A stretch of DNA of 10,960 nt, taken from the NCBI GenBank assembly GCA_051747585.1, contig JBNJGH010000106.1:1-10960 (forward strand), given 5' to 3'. Numbering within the stretch: the stretch's first letter is position 1; the number at the start of each line of letters is the position of its first letter. Made by a program: the position numbers and the translations under genes. Of the stretch, positions 5,933 through 10,960 are shown one piece after another. The notes beneath the pieces are model-generated. The model was not told the DNA's origin and searched no databases. It saw only the letters and a program-made list of their open reading frames with translations. Source of the stretch: Candidatus Rifleibacteriota bacterium (GTDB lineage Bacteria; Muiribacteriota; Ozemobacteria; Ozemobacterales; Ozemobacteraceae).

Positions 5933-7261
5933 ATGAAGTTCTTAAGCAAGCTCTGTTTAATTCTAATGGCATTCTTTATTTTTGCTTCTTCTTATCCGGC
6001 AATATGCGCCGAAGCTACGGTTGAAGAAGCCGAAGAAGAAGAAGAAACAATTCCTGACAGCACTGACATGACTCTAGACGTCACAGACGATGAATATGTC
6101 ATGGAAGAAGGCTTCAGAGGCTCGGAAGAAGGCGACGGCGACCTTCAATGGCTCGAAGATGTCGGCTATCTGATGCAGGAGAACTCTGACCTTTACAATG
6201 TTGACGCCGGAGCTATCGCTGAAGCAGCCGAGTTTGAAGGCGAACCAAACATCAACTGGGAAGTCCAGAAAGAAGAAGACGACGGTAACATGAACACTGA
6301 AAGTTCTGATAACACCAACCAGGCTACCAATGAGAGCAATATTACCTCTCCTGGTTATTACCAGGTTCATAATGGCGGCGCAAGAAGAGTTTCTTCTGAC
6401 AGCGGTGCTGAAGGCTGCGAAGAAGGTTCGGGTTCAGGAGATGGAACCACCTCTACTACAGGCGACGATTCAGAAGACGACGGAGCTTCAGGAGACGGAG
6501 ACGGTACGGCAACGGCCTCTACCGATGACGAAGATGAAGAAGGCGAATCAAAAACTGTCACCGCACAGCAGCGCGTGGGAATCAAGGTTCACGACTGCAC
6601 ATCGCCTGACATCTGGGTAGCCTTCCAGGAAGGTGCCGGTAGTGTAGACATTGCTGCCACCGAAGAAGAACTTAAAGCCAACATGGTTAATAAAATTCTC
6701 GACAACCAGGGACGTCCATTTTCTACCGACCCTGATGATTATGCCGATGCAAGCTATATTTTTATAGAAGAAGGCAAAGAAGATGAACGAGACTCGATTC
6801 CATGGGAAAAATCAGCCAGACTTTCCATAGCCGGACCTCTTTTTAACGACAAGGGTGCCTTAAAATTTGAAAGTGGTGTTTTGCCATCACAAATAGATCA
6901 GAACAACTATACAAACCACGTCGAAATCGCTGGTGGCGAAGACAAAGCCCTTAAAGGCGTTTATGTTCGCCGAAATGTTCCATTCATTTTTGCAGCCGTC
7001 TCTACAGATAACGGCAATGAACGCGCGACAGCCGGCGTTGCCGAAGCTAAAATAGTTTATGCAGATGGCGAAGAAGTTGAAAAGAATGGCGAAGGATACT
7101 TGTTCCGTGTTCCCAACTATCCAAGAGAGCAGTATCAAGACCAGCCTGAATACTATTTTGTAACCACCGCAGCCGACAAAGATGGTAACTTATCTACCAT
7201 GCAAATGCCCCTTTATGTTGTTGATACAAGGTCTTCATTTGAAGGCGGTCAAAATCGATAA
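5933..7261 (+). CDS. Secreted, highly acidic hypothetical protein with an Ig-like C-terminal region
   Basis: ATG at 5933 follows GGAGGG and is preferred over the track start at 5870. It has a signal-peptide-like N-terminus (MKFLSKLCLILMAFFIFASSYPAICA), D/E/S/G-rich tracts, and the motifs VHDCTSP and AADKDGN. Confidence 0.8.
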   Translation: MKFLSKLCLILMAFFIFASSYPAICAEATVEEAEEEEETIPDSTDMTLDVTDDEYVMEEGFRGSEEGDGDLQWLEDVGYLMQENSDLYNVDAGAIAEAAEFEGEPNINWEVQKEEDDGNMNTESSDNTNQATNESNITSPGYYQVHNGGARRVSSDSGAEGCEEGSGSGDGTTSTTGDDSEDDGASGDGDGTATASTDDEDEEGESKTVTAQQRVGIKVHDCTSPDIWVAFQEGAGSVDIAATEEELKANMVNKILDNQGRPFSTDPDDYADASYIFIEEGKEDERDSIPWEKSARLSIAGPLFNDKGALKFESGVLPSQIDQNNYTNHVEIAGGEDKALKGVYVRRNVPFIFAAVSTDNGNERATAGVAEAKIVYADGEEVEKNGEGYLFRVPNYPREQYQDQPEYYFVTTAADKDGNLSTMQMPLYVVDTRSSFEGGQNR

Positions 7262-7290
7262 GTAAGTTAATTAGAGGACATAATATTAAT

Positions 7291-8313
7291 ATGCATAAAA
7301 ATCCTACTCTTTTATTATTAATTCTTGCTATAACAATATTTGCAACTGGTATGCTTCATGCTCAGGAGCCCAAAAAAGACGTGTCGACACCTGAAACCCC
7401 ATGGCTTAAGGGCGTTACTATTGGCCCTCACCCCAAAGATCTGAGTCCAGTGGTTCCCATGAAGATATATCTTGATAACGGCGAGCCCATACCGGCAACC
7501 CTTACCGAAGATATACCAATAACAGTTATTGCAGATACTACTGTTTTCGACCCTGACCCCCCAGCAGAATACCAGGGCGAAGAAATACCAAACCCGGTAT
7601 GGCTTCACAATGCTGCTATATCATGGTTTTTTATCGACTGGGAGAAAAATAAAAACCATAGAGCCTCGTCTAAAACGCAATTGCCACTCAACCAGATGAT
7701 TGTTACACCGCTGAATCCAACCGGAAGAGGTGCAATAACCTGTTATGCCGGGCGAAAGATGCGCTACGATCTGCCAGAACCTGGCAAAACCAAAGGAACC
7801 TTTGTCAACTCAAGTGTGGCTCAAGATGTTCGAGTTCTCGATATAACTCCTCCTACCTGCGGCCTTGAAATAAACGTTAAGAACGGTCGGTCAGGAACCT
7901 TCTGGGTAGCGGAAAATCCGCCCAACAAGTATCCGCCTCCCAAAATGGCCGATGTTTATTTAACCGGAGCACTGGTTCAAGAAGACAATCCAGATGAAAT
8001 AATAACCATTCAGGGTATAGAGCTTGGTTCTGATATGATTATCAATCCTGAACAGGCCGCAATAACAGTACCCGCAGATGCTGTTTTGACAATCGCAGCA
8101 AATGGTGACGACAACTACAAACTCGATCACAGTAAATTAAAATACGGCATTTGCAATGGAGCCGGCGGAGTGCCCAACCCTGTAGGTGAAGTCAATGCAG
8201 CCGAAATAAAGCTATCTGATCTGCAACTTCCAGAGCATCCTTATTTCTACATTGACGCCTCAGATGTAGCCGGCAACCAACAGGTTCTATTCGTTCCACT
8301 TAAAATAAAATAA
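7291..8313 (+). CDS. Secreted hypothetical protein, Ig-like beta-sandwich motifs
   Basis: GAGGA SD; signal peptide ending LHA-Q; Pro-rich; motifs VLDITPP and ASDVAGN. It starts 29 nt after the previous gene, so the two are likely co-transcribed. Confidence 0.8.
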   Translation: MHKNPTLLLLILAITIFATGMLHAQEPKKDVSTPETPWLKGVTIGPHPKDLSPVVPMKIYLDNGEPIPATLTEDIPITVIADTTVFDPDPPAEYQGEEIPNPVWLHNAAISWFFIDWEKNKNHRASSKTQLPLNQMIVTPLNPTGRGAITCYAGRKMRYDLPEPGKTKGTFVNSSVAQDVRVLDITPPTCGLEINVKNGRSGTFWVAENPPNKYPPPKMADVYLTGALVQEDNPDEIITIQGIELGSDMIINPEQAAITVPADAVLTIAANGDDNYKLDHSKLKYGICNGAGGVPNPVGEVNAAEIKLSDLQLPEHPYFYIDASDVAGNQQVLFVPLKIK

Positions 8314-8332
8314 CAGCTTTTCATGCCCCATT

Positions 8333-8389
8333 ATCTTTAAATAGCCGCCCCCTAACGGGGCGTGGCTGTTTAAAGATTTTTGTTTTTTT
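8333..8389 (+). terminator. Long intrinsic terminator between convergent genes
   Basis: ATCTTTAAATAGCC-GCCCC-CTAAC-GGGGC-GT-GGCTGTTTAAAGAT (8333-8377) followed by TTTTGTTTTTTT. Confidence 0.8.
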
Positions 8390-8400
8390 CGAATAATATT

Positions 8401-9186
8401 TCAGGCTCTACTCAATAGCAAATGAGTATGCTCGCCAAGTGACGCATATGGCTCAATATCACAATATTTCAGCTCGAGTTCGAGGTAATCCTGCTGACTG
8501 GATCTGATTTTTTCAGGAAAAGTGGCAAAAAAGCCATAAAATACCCGAACGCCTGCTTTTGAAAGAATTTTTAAGCGCCTGATCTGACAAAATTCTGCCA
8601 CCTGAGCAAAAGACAAAGGATTTATTGGAGTTAGTGAGCCTTTTCGCCGGCTTTTTCCGTTTATCGCTCTTTTGACTTCATCACTTATTCCCCATTTTAA
8701 AATAAGTTTGTCGCGATTGAAGTAAAGAAGCGAAACAATAGAATCATCTTTAAGCAAAGGCATTAAAGAATCGATTGCCAAAAAAGGCTGCTGCATCCAG
8801 GTAACAACACCATGCAACAAAATCAAATCGAACTTTTGCCCCGAAAGCTTTTTTGCCAGCTCCTGAATCGGTGACTGAACAATCGTAATTTTGTCGCCAA
8901 CCCCATTCTGATTAAAACAGGTTTTAGCCTTTTCAAGCATTTCGCTGGAAATGTCGGCAGCAACTACCCGGTGACCAAGTCCTGCCAGCCAGGCAGAAAT
9001 TTGCCCCATCCCTGCTCCAGCATCAAGAATCTGCAACTCAGACTCAGCCTTTAGAGCAGGAATGTTATGCAATAAATCGTGCTTTAGAACTTCTAAACGA
9101 ACATAGCCTTTTCCGCTCTGGTAAACTTTACGGTCAAAGCGTTTATGATAACGGTCAAAGTTAATATCGTTTTTAAAGTCGGTCAC
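8401..9186 (-). CDS. cmoM: Class I SAM-dependent methyltransferase, CmoM/SmtA-like (tRNA cmo5U34 methyltransferase family)
   Basis: End-to-end resemblance to E. coli SmtA/CmoM as recalled: D-x-NFD...F...Y...KG..R, ILDAGAGMGQ, DLILLHGV..W, L-T-P-x-x-P, K-x-GVRVF and LELE..YC..EPY..LG..H. The GTG start overlaps the upstream TGA (GTGA). Confidence 0.78.
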   Translation of the reverse strand: MTDFKNDINFDRYHKRFDRKVYQSGKGYVRLEVLKHDLLHNIPALKAESELQILDAGAGMGQISAWLAGLGHRVVAADISSEMLEKAKTCFNQNGVGDKITIVQSPIQELAKKLSGQKFDLILLHGVVTWMQQPFLAIDSLMPLLKDDSIVSLLYFNRDKLILKWGISDEVKRAINGKSRRKGSLTPINPLSFAQVAEFCQIRRLKILSKAGVRVFYGFFATFPEKIRSSQQDYLELELKYCDIEPYASLGEHTHLLLSRA

Positions 9187-9977
9187 TTTTTTATTATTTT
9201 TAAGTCTACCGGCTTGCGCTGAGGCACCCTGAGGTATTTAAAATTTGGTTTACCAAGCATAAGCACGGCAAAAACTTTATTACCTTCAGGCAAACCTAGA
9301 AAGCGTGCTATGGATTTACTTTCGGCAGCCGCGCTGGTAGAAAAACCACCCCAGCAGGAGCCAAGATTCATGAGCCGGGCACCCATTTCAATTGTTGCGA
9401 CAGCCACCGAAGCATCGAAAGTACCCCAGTTATAACTTTCTGGACCATGGGCAACCAGGACAACGGGAGCTTTTCGATGAATCAGGTCGTAGCCTTTTTC
9501 AAAAGCTCTAACAAGGCCAGCTTTTTTTTCATCGAGCTTAATCACTTCTACAACTGCTTCGCTGAATTTATCAACTTTTTCTCTGCCTTTTACCGCTATC
9601 CAGGATAAGGCCTGGGAATTTTTGGCAGTTGGAGCCCACCTTGTAATTTCAAGCAATTTTTCAATATCTTCATCTGCGACGGGTTCGTTTTTATACGATC
9701 TGACCGAGCGCCGAGCCTTTACAATATCAGTATATTCTTCAAAACTCACCAGAGAGGTTGAAACTTTTTCAAGCTCTTCATCGCCGGCGTCATTTAATGT
9801 AATCGCTCCAGAAGGGCAAGCCGAAACACAGTGACCACAATTAATACAAATCGGCAGATTTTTCTCATTAACCTGAGCCAGACCGGTTTCATCGGGCTTG
9901 AATATATTACAGGGGCAAGCCTCGGTGCATATTCCATCTTTTAAACATTTATCTTCATTTATAGTAATTTTTTCCAT
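9183..9977 (-). CDS. Nitroreductase family protein with an N-terminal ferredoxin (two Fe-S motifs)
   Basis: CLKDGICTEACP and CINCGHCVSACP, then nitroreductase motifs RRSVRSYK, APTAKNSQ and LGSCWGG. Confidence 0.93.
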   Translation of the reverse strand: MEKITINEDKCLKDGICTEACPCNIFKPDETGLAQVNEKNLPICINCGHCVSACPSGAITLNDAGDEELEKVSTSLVSFEEYTDIVKARRSVRSYKNEPVADEDIEKLLEITRWAPTAKNSQALSWIAVKGREKVDKFSEAVVEVIKLDEKKAGLVRAFEKGYDLIHRKAPVVLVAHGPESYNWGTFDASVAVATIEMGARLMNLGSCWGGFSTSAAAESKSIARFLGLPEGNKVFAVLMLGKPNFKYLRVPQRKPVDLKIIKK

Positions 9978-10039
9978 ATTTTTCTCACCTTTTAACTAAT
10001 TTCCAGAATACTTATAACATATTTCAGTTGCGATTTTGT

Positions 10040-10069
10040 TTGTCCAGGCAAAACCTGTTAAATTATACT
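10040..10069 (+). promoter_or_regulatory. Possible sigma70 promoter for the aldo/keto reductase
   Basis: TTGTCC (10040-10045), 18-nt spacer, TATACT (10064-10069) in the divergent intergenic region. Confidence 0.4.
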
Positions 10070-10099
10070 TAAGAATCGAGGCAATCAGGGAGAAAATGG

Positions 10100-10960
10100 A
10101 TGATTTTTCGTAAGCTTGGGAAAACCGGTTTAAACGTATCGCAACTTGGTTTCGGCTGCATGAGATTTCCGCTCAACAGCAAAAATACCGACGACATCAA
10201 CGAAGACCTTGCCATAAAAATGCTGCACTATGCAATAGATCAGGGTGTAAATTACATAGATACCGCTTACCCTTATCACGGTTATGGCTTTGGCTCCAAA
10301 GAAGGCGGAGCAAGCGAGCCTCTTGTAGCAAAAGCCTTAAAAAATGGATATCGAGAAAAAGTCGTTCTTGCAACCAAACTTCCCAGCTGGATAATAGAAA
10401 GCAGATCAGATATGGACAATTATCTTGATTACCAGCTCAAAAGATTGCAAACCGACCAGATCGACTGCTATCTGGTTCATGCAGTCAACAAAACTTTCTG
10501 GGAAAAATTGCAGAAAAACGGTATTCTGCAATTCCTTGACCAGGCAAAAAAAGATGGGCGAATAAAACATGCAGGATTTTCTTTTCATGATGACTGCAAA
10601 ACGTTTAAAAAAGTAATAGACGCATACGACTGGGACCTGTGCCAAATACAATACAATTACCTCGACCGTGACTTTCAAGCTGGCGATGAGGGACTGCAAT
10701 ATGCATACGATCGCGACATTGGCGTTGTAATTATGGAACCACTCAGAGGGGGAGCGCTTATAAACAATTTGCCAGATCCTGTTAAACAAGAATTCGCCAG
10801 GTCAGAATTCGATCGAAAGCCTGCCGACCGGGCATTTCGCTGGCTGTACAACGACCCGAGAATTTCAGTTGTGCTAAGCGGAATGAGCGACATGCAACAA
10901 GTGAAAGAAAACGTAAAAACAGCATCTGATGCCAAGGCTGGTCAAATGTCAGAAGCAGAA
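10100..10960 (+). CDS. Aldo/keto reductase (COG1453-like), 3'-truncated by the window edge
   Basis: Manual translation from ATG 10100 (SD GGGAG): MIFRKLGKTGLNVSQLGFGCMRFP...GVNYIDTAYPYHG...ATKLPSW...QLKRLQTDQIDCYLVH...GFSFHD...QIQYNYLD...IMEPLRGG...VVLSGMS. The frame is open to the end of the window and is not in the ORF track. Confidence 0.93.
   Translation, partial: MIFRKLGKTGLNVSQLGFGCMRFPLNSKNTDDINEDLAIKMLHYAIDQGVNYIDTAYPYHGYGFGSKEGGASEPLVAKALKNGYREKVVLATKLPSWIIESRSDMDNYLDYQLKRLQTDQIDCYLVHAVNKTFWEKLQKNGILQFLDQAKKDGRIKHAGFSFHDDCKTFKKVIDAYDWDLCQIQYNYLDRDFQAGDEGLQYAYDRDIGVVIMEPLRGGALINNLPDPVKQEFARSEFDRKPADRAFRWLYNDPRISVVLSGMSDMQQVKENVKTASDAKAGQMSEAE

Noticed and set aside
6074..7608. Short overlapping ORFs (6074..6370, 6330..6620, 6367..6585, 6887..7138, 7318..7608)
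   Set aside because: They are alternative-frame or antisense by-products of the low-complexity secreted-protein genes.
10406..10935. Minus-strand ORFs of 127 and 86 aa
   Set aside because: They are antisense to the clear aldo/keto reductase frame starting at 10100.

Overview
Bacterial chromosomal window with a moderately AT-rich composition. The left ~1.7 kb is the accessory part. On the minus strand a complete one-piece tmRNA gene (ssrA, 1319->960, tag ANEDLALAA) has its own sigma70-like promoter and a terminator hairpin. It is followed with almost no spacing by a small antitoxin, a PIN/VapC toxin, and the 5' part of a RAYT/IS200-like HUH tyrosine transposase gene that runs off the window edge and is missing from the ORF track. 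Just upstream of the ssrA promoter is a ~190-bp nested palindromic element: an inverted REP-like doublet inside an outer in-register inverted repeat, flanked by a near-perfect 11-bp direct repeat. The rest looks like ordinary chromosome: a GAF(-PAS-like) sensor with no output domain, tlyA, a Zn-ribbon membrane protein, a MATE transporter, two secreted proteins that look like distant paralogues, a CmoM/SmtA-like methyltransferase coupled to a ferredoxin-nitroreductase, and a 3'-truncated aldo/keto reductase (also absent from the ORF track). All calls come from reading the sequence and recalled family motifs; no database search was run.
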